Program-made: the position numbers and the translations under genes
Source: Nitrosopumilus sp.
GTDB lineage: Archaea; Thermoproteota; Nitrososphaeria; Nitrososphaerales; Nitrosopumilaceae
Assembly: GCA_963662625.1 (NCBI GenBank)
Contig: OY759726.1
Location: 224,001-288,000 of the forward strand
Direction of reading: 5' to 3'
Length of the DNA stretch: 64,000 nucleotides
Shown: in pieces, positions 1 to 8,791 of the stretch
How positions within the stretch are numbered: position 1 is the first letter of the stretch
How the letters are laid out: every line of letters begins with the position of its first letter
Notes under the pieces: model-generated
Seen by the model: the letters and a program-made list of their open reading frames with translations, nothing else
The model's database searches: none
What the model was told of the DNA's origin: nothing

Positions 1-220
1 GAAGGGTGACCACCCCTGGGTTGTCGCGGCAAAAGCCCTCCACTATCCCGGTGGTTCCGTCCGAGGAGCCGTCGTCGATGACCGACACCGACGACGGCGG
101 CGCGTCCTGCGCCAGGAGCGATTCGAGCACCCGGGAGATCGTGGACTCCTCGTCCCTCACCGGGATTATGGCGTAATATGTGAGGCCCCGCGCCGCGGCG
201 CCGCCACTCCCGCCAGCCAT
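1..220 (-). CDS. Glycosyltransferase family 2, N-terminal part (runs off left edge)
   Basis: Manual translation from ATG at 220: MAGGSGGAAARGLTYYAIIPVRDEESTISRVLESLLAQDAPPSSVSVIDDGSSDGT, with the GT2 signatures IIPxxNE and VIDDGSxD. Not in the ORF track. Confidence 0.85.
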   Translation of the reverse strand, partial: MAGGSGGAAARGLTYYAIIPVRDEESTISRVLESLLAQDAPPSSVSVIDDGSSDGTTGIVEGFCRDNPGVVTL

Positions 221-338
221 CAGGGTCGTGGCGCGGAATGGGCGCCTGGCACGTCGCTGATCCGTGACGTGCGTGTCACTGCGCCTGGAACGTGGGGGCA
301 GGCTGGGTTCACGCCTGTCTCTGATCGCCGTTTTGGTA

Positions 339-792
339 GGACATAGAAGTCGCTTTGGACATAGATGCCGCTTACTGTCTGACCATTGCAAAAAAACGGC
401 GACTCGCCGTATTTTTTTTCGCAGTTTTTCCGGGAGGGAGTGCTATGTCCAACCCGACTTCTATGACCGTGGGCATTTTTCCAACATTTTTTGAAGATTT
501 TACAACATTCCACGATTTTTATTCCAATAACCCGAAAATTTTTTTTTGACGATATTCGCACTGATCTGGGGGTGTGCGAGTCGCCGTATTGAAAATCACC
601 GAATTTGGCAAATCTATGTCTTCCGCGTCCTGATCGCTCCAAAAAAATGTCTCTTACGCGCTCTTTTTTCATTCCAACCTCACATTTCACCCAATAAAAC
701 GTGCCAAATTTTTTCAGAGCCGCGATCATGAAAATAACCCCGTTATAAAATTTCGGCAGATTTTCAGAAACCCATCTATGTCTTCTATGACC
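339..792. repeat. AT-rich nested inverted repeats with iterated CTATG(A/T)C motif; candidate replication origin of the element
   Basis: 26-bp imperfect IR at 339-364 / 443-468 centred on the hairpin ACGGCGA-C-TCGCCGT (396-410) with A/T tracts. Further motif copies at ~614 and 776-792. Lies just downstream of the helicase gene. Confidence 0.55.
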
Positions 793-995
793 TTTTGATC
801 CTGGCAATCCATCACAAACAAAGCATGACAGAACATCCCGCAAACATGGACGCACGTCCGGAATATCATGCCGAAACAGGACCCCAGCGATCAAAAAACA
901 CCCGGTTTCCGAAATGACTTTTGGGCAAAATGTCCGATTTGATCCACCACTCGCGATCAACCCTCCAATCCTACCCAAACCCTCGCCGTTTTCGA

Positions 996-3332
996 TCATC
1001 CAACGTCCTCGATTTCGTGCGTGGAGTGGAAATGCTCAATCGGCAGGCCCTTGGAAACTATGGCCCCGTGTTCCCACGGCCCGGCGTTGCAGGTCTTGCA
1101 GACGAATTTCGCACCCTTCCGGAAGTAGAGGCCGTCGCACTCGGTGATCTTTCCAGTCTCCAGCATCAGCTCGACGTACCTGTAACCCTCGTCCTCGGAG
1201 AACTGGCCGGAGCGCACGAGCTCCCTGATTATCGCGTCCCTCCTGGCCTCGGCGGCCTCGAGCCCGCCGAAGATTGCCATGAATATGTCCGCCTTCACCA
1301 TGTCCTCCTCCCTGAGGTCCGCCGGCCCCTGGATGCTCTTGGGGGGCTTTAGCTCCTCTGCCTTCCGGCCGCGTTCCGCCCCGGCCGGCCCCCCGGCCTC
1401 CGCCTCCATGCCGCCAGGGGAGGACACCTCGGCGGGCTTGACGTCACCCACGCTCCCAGCCAGCGCGAGATCCAGCCAAAAGTCCGCCTTCTCCCCCCCG
1501 ACCGCCTCGCTCTTCCACATGCATCCCATGGAGTTCATCCTCATGGTAAAGCCATCCTCGGTCGGGGCTTCCACCCCCTCCGCGGTGCAGTACTTGCGGT
1601 ATTCCCTGTACATCACGTCCTTCCTGGTGTTAGCCCCCTCCTCCTTCCTCACGTACCGCACCAGGAAGCCCTCCACCGGGTCCGTCCCGGGCTTGCCCTT
1701 CGGGCCGCCCCCGCCCCCGGCGCCTTGGCCGTCGCCTTCCTCCCCCTCGCGCCTCATGCGCACCCCCACCCAGACGTTGGTGGTCTTCCCGTCGACCTTC
1801 TTGTCCTCCCAGACGTACCCGAGCGACGTCATCGCCTCGGTGAGCCCGCGGGCCGGCTTCGGCCGCAGGTTGTTCCCCCGGCAAAACTCCACGTAGGCCC
1901 TGTACGCCTCCTTCTTGGGCACGTGCGCCTCCACGTCGGTCTTGAGCGAGTGCCGGCTGAACATCTGCACCGGGTCGGCCCTCTCCTTCCACGTCTGCCG
2001 CATCTCCTCCGTGCTGGCCTCGTAGGTGAGCTTCCCCTCCCTCCTGACCTCGATGGCGTGCCTCACCAGGAGGTTGAGTATCCCGCTGCGCTCCTCCTCG
2101 GTGGTGAGCTCTGAGAACAGCCGTATGTTGTTCGCCGCCCCCTTGAACTGGTGGTGGAAGTTGATGATCACGAACCTCCGGAATATGGCGTCAGAGTCCT
2201 CCTTCACCTCGGGCAGGCGGTTGCAGGAGAAGAACATCTTGGCGAAGCTCGCCATGGTGTACGGCGGCTTGTTCTTCTTCTCCACGGTTATCGGCTCGCC
2301 GGTCACCAGCGACTTTACCACCCCCATCCGGTCCAGCTCGTCGGAGCTTATGTCCGCGTAGACGTTCATCAGCTTGCCGTCCAGCACGGAACGGCTGAAC
2401 CGCTGCCAGATGAGGTCGTGTATGGATATGTGGGAGACGTTGTCCCGCCCGAAGACCTCGATCATCGTCCTGAGGAGGGTCGACTTGCCGTTGTGCCCCT
2501 CCCCCACGAACATCATGATCTTCTCGAGGTTGAGCGCCCCCCCAAGCAGCGCCACGCCGAAGAGTTCCAGTATCACGGTCCGCTCCTCCTCGTCGTGGAG
2601 GACCTGCTCGAGGAACTCCAGGAACCGGTTGGCGGTCCTTTTCGGCTCGTAGGCGGTGTTCACCTGCCTGCGCGAGGGGTACGCCGGGCTGTGCTCCCCG
2701 AGCTCCCCAGTCGACATGTCCAGCAGGCCGTTCTTGACGTTGACGACGTTCGGGTCCGGGTCGAAAATGTCCCGCTTGACGTACGTGTTCGCCCGGATCG
2801 TGTTTATGATCTCGCTGCGCATGTGGGAGCTGCACTCGGGGACCTTCCCCTCCGCCATCTCCTTTATCAGGACCTCCCCCCCGAGCCTGTACACCCCGTC
2901 CCGGTAGAATAGGACCTCCTCGGTGTCGTCCAGCGTGAGGAACCTGACCTCCCCCATTATCTCGGCGGCGTACTCGGTGTGGCTCCGTTCCTCCCCCCTC
3001 CCCCTCCCGGGCGCCGGCGCCTTCCTGGCCTGGGGCTCCCCCTTCCCGTAGTTCCTGTCCTTCCCCCCGAGGCGCTCCATGGTGTCGCGGTCGAGCTGTG
3101 AGAGGAAGCACTCGACGTCCGCGCACATCGCGCTGGACAGGCCGTACTTGCCACCGTCAAAGTCGAACCGCTTCCCCGGGGGGACGTCGTGCTTCTTCCT
3201 CCTGCAGGCGGACTGCCCCTCCCCGTTGACCGCGTAGAGCTCCAGCATGGCCTCCACCCGTCCCGGGGCGCACCGGAAGTGCCTGGCGAACGTCCCGATG
3301 ACGTCGTCGCTGTAGTTGGCCTCGTAGCTCAT
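996..3332 (-). CDS. SF3 (D5/P4-like) replicative helicase with tandem winged-helix domains and C-terminal Zn finger
   Basis: D5_N-like VVNVKNGLLD, Walker A GEGHNGKST, Walker B NVYAD, motif C FSCN, AIFRRF. True start MSYEANY overlaps the upstream stop (ATGA). Confidence 0.85.
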   Translation of the reverse strand: MSYEANYSDDVIGTFARHFRCAPGRVEAMLELYAVNGEGQSACRRKKHDVPPGKRFDFDGGKYGLSSAMCADVECFLSQLDRDTMERLGGKDRNYGKGEPQARKAPAPGRGRGEERSHTEYAAEIMGEVRFLTLDDTEEVLFYRDGVYRLGGEVLIKEMAEGKVPECSSHMRSEIINTIRANTYVKRDIFDPDPNVVNVKNGLLDMSTGELGEHSPAYPSRRQVNTAYEPKRTANRFLEFLEQVLHDEEERTVILELFGVALLGGALNLEKIMMFVGEGHNGKSTLLRTMIEVFGRDNVSHISIHDLIWQRFSRSVLDGKLMNVYADISSDELDRMGVVKSLVTGEPITVEKKNKPPYTMASFAKMFFSCNRLPEVKEDSDAIFRRFVIINFHHQFKGAANNIRLFSELTTEEERSGILNLLVRHAIEVRREGKLTYEASTEEMRQTWKERADPVQMFSRHSLKTDVEAHVPKKEAYRAYVEFCRGNNLRPKPARGLTEAMTSLGYVWEDKKVDGKTTNVWVGVRMRREGEEGDGQGAGGGGGPKGKPGTDPVEGFLVRYVRKEEGANTRKDVMYREYRKYCTAEGVEAPTEDGFTMRMNSMGCMWKSEAVGGEKADFWLDLALAGSVGDVKPAEVSSPGGMEAEAGGPAGAERGRKAEELKPPKSIQGPADLREEDMVKADIFMAIFGGLEAAEARRDAIIRELVRSGQFSEDEGYRYVELMLETGKITECDGLYFRKGAKFVCKTCNAGPWEHGAIVSKGLPIEHFHSTHEIEDVG

Positions 3333-4612
3333 CCCTTCCCCCCCGCCAGCGACACGTTCCTCCTGGCCACGGCAAACGCCGCGGAGTCGGTCTCGCACCC
3401 CAGGAACTTCCTCCCCAGCGAGACGGCGGCCGCGCCAAACGCGCCGCTGCCCATGAACGGGTCGGCGACCAGCTGCCCGGCCCTGCTGAGCCTCCCGATG
3501 TAGTACGCCGCCTCCACCCCGGACTGCGCCCACGGGTGCTCCTCCTTCTTCCCGGGCTCCGACCTCACCACGTCGGAAACCGTCACCTTCCCGCGGTACC
3601 TCCCCCTGGTGTACCACAGCATAGGCTTGTAGCCCACGCTCACGCCGTTGCGCCACATCCTGGCGCGGCCGCCGGTGTGGATCACGGCGAAGAGCCACTG
3701 GTACTCCAGCCCGGCGCCGGAGAGCATGCGGATCGCGTCTGGCAGCATGTAGTTGCCGGCGAGGCACACCAGCGACCCGCCGTCCTCCAGGTGTTCCATG
3801 GCGTACTCCCCGAGTTCCGCGTAGACCGCGACGTTCTTCCTGTCGTAGGGCGGGTCGGTGATTATCAGCCTTATCTTCCCGGGGGGTTCCACGTCCTGGA
3901 ACGGCCCGTGGTGCAGAGACGCCCCCTTGGCAGCCGGCACCCTGGCCCTCCTGGCCCTCCTGGCCTCCTCCTCGTAGGCCTCCTCCTTCTTCAGCCTGGA
4001 GTAGACGCTGCTGACGGTGTTCCGTGACCTGCCGTCGTCGATGCTGTCCAGCAGCCTCCCGTACTTCTCGTCGGTCTTGGCCTTTTTCCCGATCTCCACC
4101 AGCTTGTCCAGCGTCCCGTGGCTCACCCCGACGTAGTCCGATATCACGTCCCTGGTGCGCCCCTGGCCGCCCCCACGCCTTCCCGCGGGAGCTGCGGCCG
4201 AACCGGCCCCGCCGGCGCCGCGCCACCCCTTCCCGCCTCCAGGCCCCGCCGCCTTCCCCCCGCCGGCGCCCCCGCCCCTAGAGTTCTCCCTGCCGGCCCT
4301 GGCCACGGGGGGGCCCATCGCCTCGTGTATCGCCACTATCTCACGGGCCGTAAAGTCCTTGCGCTGGGTGTTCTCGTGCAGTTCCCCAGTGAGCGGGGAC
4401 TTGAGGTCCACGACCACCACCGGCACGCTGGATATCCCCAGCGACCTGCACGCCTCGAGCCTCCTGCGCCCGGCGACCAGCCTGTTCTCCCTGGTGACCA
4501 CTATCGGGTGCAGCAGGCCGATCTCCCCTATGCTGTCCCGCAGCCCGTCCAGGTCGCCAAGATCCACCCGGTGCCTCCTCCCGACGCGGATCTTCTCCAC
4601 CGCCAGCTTCAT
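3329..4612 (-). CDS. ParB/Srx domain fused to N6-adenine/N4-cytosine DNA methyltransferase
   Basis: N-term GLLHPIVV..LVAGRRRLEA..ELHENTQRKD (ParB). C-term ITDPPY followed by VADPFMGSG (beta-class motif order). Confidence 0.85.
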   Translation of the reverse strand: MKLAVEKIRVGRRHRVDLGDLDGLRDSIGEIGLLHPIVVTRENRLVAGRRRLEACRSLGISSVPVVVVDLKSPLTGELHENTQRKDFTAREIVAIHEAMGPPVARAGRENSRGGGAGGGKAAGPGGGKGWRGAGGAGSAAAPAGRRGGGQGRTRDVISDYVGVSHGTLDKLVEIGKKAKTDEKYGRLLDSIDDGRSRNTVSSVYSRLKKEEAYEEEARRARRARVPAAKGASLHHGPFQDVEPPGKIRLIITDPPYDRKNVAVYAELGEYAMEHLEDGGSLVCLAGNYMLPDAIRMLSGAGLEYQWLFAVIHTGGRARMWRNGVSVGYKPMLWYTRGRYRGKVTVSDVVRSEPGKKEEHPWAQSGVEAAYYIGRLSRAGQLVADPFMGSGAFGAAAVSLGRKFLGCETDSAAFAVARRNVSLAGGKG

Positions 4613-4789
4613 CCCGCGCCCCACACGGCGGGGCCCATCCCCATTGGCCGTCTAGGCCGCCTCCCATGACCCGGCCGGCCGGCCGCACAATTCGCACCTT
4701 CCGTCGTGATCCCCCGAATCGCAGTCACGCTCGATCCTGACGCCGAGGGCCTCGGCACATTCGGCGCACGCCCACGCGACGTCCATGCG

Positions 4790-5020
4790 TCACCCGGCGC
4801 CGCCAATGGCGCGCCGCTCCAGGGCGTCCCGGGCGTCCAGCCTGGCGCGGGCCCTCTCGATGTCATCTTCCAGGACTTTCCTGGTGGGGTACTTGATCTG
4901 CCCGCGGCGGAGGCGCGGATCCCATGTCCAGAACGCGCCGCCGCCGTCGCGGATGTAGCGCCTCCCCTCCCCGTCCTCGTAGATCCGGTGCGACTTCAGG
5001 CACCTGAGCCCCGAAGGCAT
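4790..5020 (-). CDS. Hypothetical element protein (76 aa)
   Basis: Coupled start/stop with neighbours in the element operon. Confidence 0.5.
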   Translation of the reverse strand: MPSGLRCLKSHRIYEDGEGRRYIRDGGGAFWTWDPRLRRGQIKYPTRKVLEDDIERARARLDARDALERRAIGGAG

Positions 5021-5343
5021 CAGGACCTCCCGCCTGGAGGATCCGCCGGCAGGCCAGCCGACCGCCCGGCCATGATCTTCGCCTCAGCGCGATCCGGGGA
5101 ACCCGTGATTATCCTGATGGCGCTGTGGACGTCCTCGACCGATCTCTCGTACTCCTTCCCGCGCAGCAGCGACCACGTCCTGGAGAATTCCCGGCCATCA
5201 CGGCGCGCCAGGGCGGGCTGGACGTGCCCGTCCGCGCAGTGCCTGACGTAATCCGCGACGTGCATCACCGGGTGGGGCACCCCCCCGGAACCGGGACGGG
5301 CGTGCCTGAGGTATTCGATGACGTGCCACCGCTGGTCCATCAT
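5020..5343 (-). CDS. Hypothetical element protein (107 aa)
   Basis: Coupled start/stop with neighbours; non-biased composition. Confidence 0.55.
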   Translation of the reverse strand: MMDQRWHVIEYLRHARPGSGGVPHPVMHVADYVRHCADGHVQPALARRDGREFSRTWSLLRGKEYERSVEDVHSAIRIITGSPDRAEAKIMAGRSAGLPADPPGGRS

Positions 5344-5540
5344 GACTCCCCCCGCGGGGCAGCCTTCCCGGCGCCGGTGATGCCGGACCCGGCCCGGCCC
5401 AGGTGGTACATGGACTGGGCCAGGGACTCGGTCTCCCCGCTCGTGATGCCGGGGGTCATCATGAGCCGGACCACGCTTTCCATGGCGTCGGAGACGTCCG
5501 ACTTGGCCTGCCGGTACCTCATGGCCTTCAGCTTCTCCAT
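5340..5540 (-). CDS. Hypothetical element protein (MEKLKAMRY...)
   Basis: Helical-looking C-terminal part of track ORF 5340..5711; start uncertain. Confidence 0.45.
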   Translation of the reverse strand: MEKLKAMRYRQAKSDVSDAMESVVRLMMTPGITSGETESLAQSMYHLGRAGSGITGAGKAAPRGES

Positions 5541-5718
5541 CACCCGCCCCCCCACGCGCGGCAGCTGTCGCACAGCCCGCGCCGCGCCGGACCCGGACGC
5601 TTCAGCTCCCCCCCCGCAGCTCATGCATGCCCGGCGTCCAACCCGCACCCCGTGCAGGCCCGCCGCCCCGGGGCGTATTCGTGGACAGACATCCTGAAGC
5701 ACCTCGGGCATCTCTCCT

Positions 5719-6213
5719 TCATCCGATCCACGGCCCGCCCACGGCGCGTTCCAGGCCGCCGCCCGCCGCGCGCGGGACGGCCAGCGGCTTCCATTCCTTC
5801 AGCGCCGGGATCCCCCTGCACGCCCAGACGAGGATCCTGGTGCAGTCGGCAGAGAGTTCCGCGGCCTCCCACCGGTCATAACTGGAGCTGAACCTCGCCG
5901 CGACCGTCGTGTCGCGGTCATACTCCCCGTACACGCAGCCGCACGGCTCCTCCCCGGAGCACGCAAAGTGCCCGGCATCCCAGTCATGCAGGTTGACCGC
6001 GTGCCCGCACGCGCAGAGGCGGGACTCCAGGGCTGGAGGGTCCATGTCAGGGTCCCCCAGGCCGGAGAGGTCGGCCGGCAGGCACCCGCGCGGGGCCGCC
6101 AGCCCGCCAGATCCGCCGTCCCCACGGCGGCCTGGCACGGCCGAGCCACGGCGCCCCCGGCAGGCCGGGCCGCCGCGAGGCGCCACCATCCCTGGACAGT
6201 TCCCGTCAGTCAT
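5719..6213 (-). CDS. Hypothetical Cys/His-rich (Zn-binding) element protein
   Basis: CACGHAVNLH...C...CGC motif; start uncertain. Confidence 0.45.
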   Translation of the reverse strand: MTDGNCPGMVAPRGGPACRGRRGSAVPGRRGDGGSGGLAAPRGCLPADLSGLGDPDMDPPALESRLCACGHAVNLHDWDAGHFACSGEEPCGCVYGEYDRDTTVAARFSSSYDRWEAAELSADCTRILVWACRGIPALKEWKPLAVPRAAGGGLERAVGGPWIG

Positions 6214-6219
6214 TGTCCA

Positions 6220-6603
6220 TCAGCTCCGCAAGGTGAGGTTCGCAGAACAGGTGGTCATCGCGCGAGTCATCGTACCCCCTACACCAGGGGCAGTTCGTCG
6301 GGTTATCTGCCTCCAGTACGGAGGAAGCACGCGGCACGACCCTTCCGCCATCCGCCCCAGGCTCGCGCCGGCGCGGTTTTTCCGGTGGGCGGCGCGAGCC
6401 GATTCCCTCTTCCTGACCACGTCCGGAGTGGACGCCCGGTGCCACGTCTTCGCGGCCAGTCCCATCCCGCGGGCGGCCATCCCCCTGCACTCCCGGGAGC
6501 AGTGCCGCTGCCGGGGGTACGCCGTGCGAAACCCCCCGCCGCACCACCTGCACGTCCTGCGGATCCACGCGTCCCGTCCCGGCGGTTTCCCGCGCGGCGA
6601 CAT
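6220..6603 (-). CDS. Hypothetical Zn-finger element protein
   Basis: CRWCGGGF..RQRHCSRECR motif, as in phage CxxC...CSxxC fingers. Confidence 0.5.
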   Translation of the reverse strand: MSPRGKPPGRDAWIRRTCRWCGGGFRTAYPRQRHCSRECRGMAARGMGLAAKTWHRASTPDVVRKRESARAAHRKNRAGASLGRMAEGSCRVLPPYWRQITRRTAPGVGGTMTRAMTTCSANLTLRS

Positions 6604-6938
6604 GGTCAGGGGGCCCCGTGGCCGTTCATCCCCCCGCCTGATGCCCGCGCCGCGCTTTTTGCGGACGCGGCACCCAAAAACTGTCATGTTAACTGAAACT
6701 TGGTGTGGGGTAAGGTGGGGGCGGGGACGGCGAAATCCCCGAAGTCTCAAAAAAGGCATCAACCCGCCCCTCCCGAAATGAAGTCGTTTTCGTCGAATTC
6801 GTCTCTGATCGGCTCTCGCCGCTTCCCACCGGCGCCGGTGTGAAAAAACCGGCAAGTATCGCAAAGTCCCCGGAGGGAATCGCGGGGGAGTGTCTCGTGG
6901 CACCCCCGCGCCCCGTCCCGGAAGCCAGGTCAGCGTAA

Positions 6939-7427
6939 TCAGGCATTGACCAGCAACCCCCCGGGGGCCACGCCCCCAGCGACGTTGGGGTCGTAAGCCC
7001 CTTTCGTGCCGCGCGTGAGCCTCCCGGTGCCGTCGACGCCAAGCACCCCGCTGACGGCCGCGCGCAGCACGACGGCCATCCAGTCAACATCCCCGCCCCA
7101 TTCCCCCACCGCGGCCACCACCTGTTCAAGCGCCAGGGCCTGGGCATGGTAGCTGACATAGTTCACGACCACCCTCTCAGGGGTGATCCCTTCCGCCTCC
7201 TCGAACGACTCGACGGAGCGGCGGAAGCCGCGGGCCTCCTGCACGGCGGCGGCGCCCCACTTGGACTTTAGGACCCTCTTGCACTCCTCGCAGTGGATCC
7301 CCGCCTCCACGTACTTTCCCGGGGCGGGGTGGAGCAGGCGGGAGCCGGCGCACACGCTGGACTCCCCCAGCAGGTAAAAGTGGGAGCACGCGTCGACGTC
7401 CTTGCCTATCCACCCGATCAACGTCAC
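6939..7427 (-). CDS. Hypothetical element protein with Zn-binding motif
   Basis: GTG start overlapping the upstream stop; H..C...CEEC motif. Confidence 0.55.
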   Translation of the reverse strand: MTLIGWIGKDVDACSHFYLLGESSVCAGSRLLHPAPGKYVEAGIHCEECKRVLKSKWGAAAVQEARGFRRSVESFEEAEGITPERVVVNYVSYHAQALALEQVVAAVGEWGGDVDWMAVVLRAAVSGVLGVDGTGRLTRGTKGAYDPNVAGGVAPGGLLVNA

Positions 7428-8122
7428 CCGTTCCTCCTGATTATTTCCTTGGCGTTGCGCACCGGCAGCTCGCACCCGACGCAGGTGTGCAGGCCCTTGT
7501 ACTCCCCCTCGTCCCTGACGAAGAACCTCACCTTCGGGGCAGCGCAGGAGCACCACTTCTCGACGTGCTTCCCGAGCTTCTCCTCGTCACGCCCGTCCCC
7601 GGCGCCCGCCGGCCCGGATCCGGCCTGCCCGCCATCCCTCCCCTGGTCGAGGTTGGCCACCTTCCCGGTGCTCTTGACCTCTTCCACGAACTGCGCGATC
7701 AGGTCGGGGGGTATGTGCTTGCGTATCCCGTTGCGCTCGGCCTTGCTGTGCGCCTTGGTCTCGGCGGTCGCGTCATAGTACGTGCCGCCGCCCTTCTTCA
7801 CCCCGTACTGGGGCTGGCGGCCGACCCCCTCGTAGATTATCCCGGTGCCGGCCTCCCTCACCCGCACCCTCGCGTGGTACACCGCGTCGGTCCCCTCCCC
7901 CTGGACGGAGATGTCCGACGCCACGGTCTGCACCACGATCCCGTGGCGCGCCAGCCAGGACGCAAAGGCGCGCACGCCGTCATAGCTCATGGCGTGCTGC
8001 CCCTGGACCTCGTACAGCCAGTCGCCTGAGGTGAGGTATTTTTCGCTGTTCACTATCTGGGCCTCGTCGGCCTCGTTGACCAGGTTGTAGACGGAGTCGT
8101 CCCGCCTGACGATCTCACTCAT
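7424..8122 (-). CDS. Putative Rad52/Sak-like single-strand annealing protein with C-terminal Zn ribbon
   Basis: YHARVRV...YEGVG...AETKAHSKAERNGIRK pattern resembling Rad52-fold SSAPs; C-terminal CSC...CVGC. Confidence 0.55.
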   Translation of the reverse strand: MSEIVRRDDSVYNLVNEADEAQIVNSEKYLTSGDWLYEVQGQHAMSYDGVRAFASWLARHGIVVQTVASDISVQGEGTDAVYHARVRVREAGTGIIYEGVGRQPQYGVKKGGGTYYDATAETKAHSKAERNGIRKHIPPDLIAQFVEEVKSTGKVANLDQGRDGGQAGSGPAGAGDGRDEEKLGKHVEKWCSCAAPKVRFFVRDEGEYKGLHTCVGCELPVRNAKEIIRRNG

Positions 8123-8297
8123 CGCCGCCGTCCTCCACGACTATCCTGCACACGGGCCTCGTCCCCCCGTGCATCGCCCCGATCACCCCGTGCATCTTCT
8201 TCCGCAGCGCGTCCCCATTCCTCGCGGATATGTCGACCAGCGTGACGATGTTCCGCAGCTCGTGGTACTCCAGCGTGACGGAGGCGGTGGAGCTCAT
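8115..8297 (-). CDS. Hypothetical element protein (60 aa)
   Basis: ATGA overlap with upstream ORF. Confidence 0.5.
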   Translation of the reverse strand: MSSTASVTLEYHELRNIVTLVDISARNGDALRKKMHGVIGAMHGGTRPVCRIVVEDGGDE

Positions 8298-8485
8298 CCG
8301 GCCGCGGCCTCCACCATGGCGTCGCGCATTATCCTCAGCCTGGACGCCTCCGGGACCTTCCCCGACACCCAAAACTCGTCCCTGCCGCACGCGTCGCAGA
8401 GGTCCACATCGTACGCGCTGTCCCCGAACCTGACGGTTATGGTGGACGTCTTGGGGTTGCCGTCCCTGCAGGCGTAGCGCGTCAT
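8294..8485 (-). CDS. Small Zn-finger protein (63 aa)
   Basis: C..DLCDAC motif; ATGA-coupled. Confidence 0.55.
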   Translation of the reverse strand: MTRYACRDGNPKTSTITVRFGDSAYDVDLCDACGRDEFWVSGKVPEASRLRIMRDAMVEAAAG

Positions 8486-8640
8486 GCAGCGGCCCCCTTG
8501 TCGATGTATTCCCGTATGGCCAGGTCGACGAACTGGCTCCTGTTGGTTATGGCGGAATCCACCTTATTGCTGACCAACTCGTCTATCTTCTCGCAGAGGC
8601 CGTTTCTGATCGCGACGGTGGACCATCCTTTATTCACCAT
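8482..8640 (-). CDS. Ribbon-helix-helix transcription regulator (52 aa, Cro-like position)
   Basis: Manual translation MVNKGWSTVAIRNGLCEKIDELVSNKVDSAITNRSQFVDLAIREYIDKGAAA; RHH pattern; not in ORF track. Confidence 0.8.
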   Translation of the reverse strand: MVNKGWSTVAIRNGLCEKIDELVSNKVDSAITNRSQFVDLAIREYIDKGAAA

Positions 8641-8791
8641 ATAGGAATATTAACTGAAGCCTTTCTATTAAACGTTTAAGTGAATATTCAGTAAAGCAAA
8701 AGCTGACCCAATTTCACACTCCGCCCGCGCCGGGCCGGGCGCCCGCCGGGAATTTAGAAGAACTTTTAACACCATAACTGAATATTATATC
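8641..8791. promoter_or_regulatory. Divergent promoter region with repeated operator-like motif TAACTGAA
   Basis: TATA-like tracts near 8667 (minus) and 8764 (plus). TAACTGAA at 8651 and 8775, inverted TTCAGTAA at 8687, palindrome TGAATATTCA at 8681-8690. Confidence 0.6.

Noticed and set aside
3333-4226. N-terminal 300-aa extension of the 1076-aa track ORF
   Set aside because: Arg/Gly-rich alternate frame of the ParB-MTase gene; the real helicase start is at 3332.
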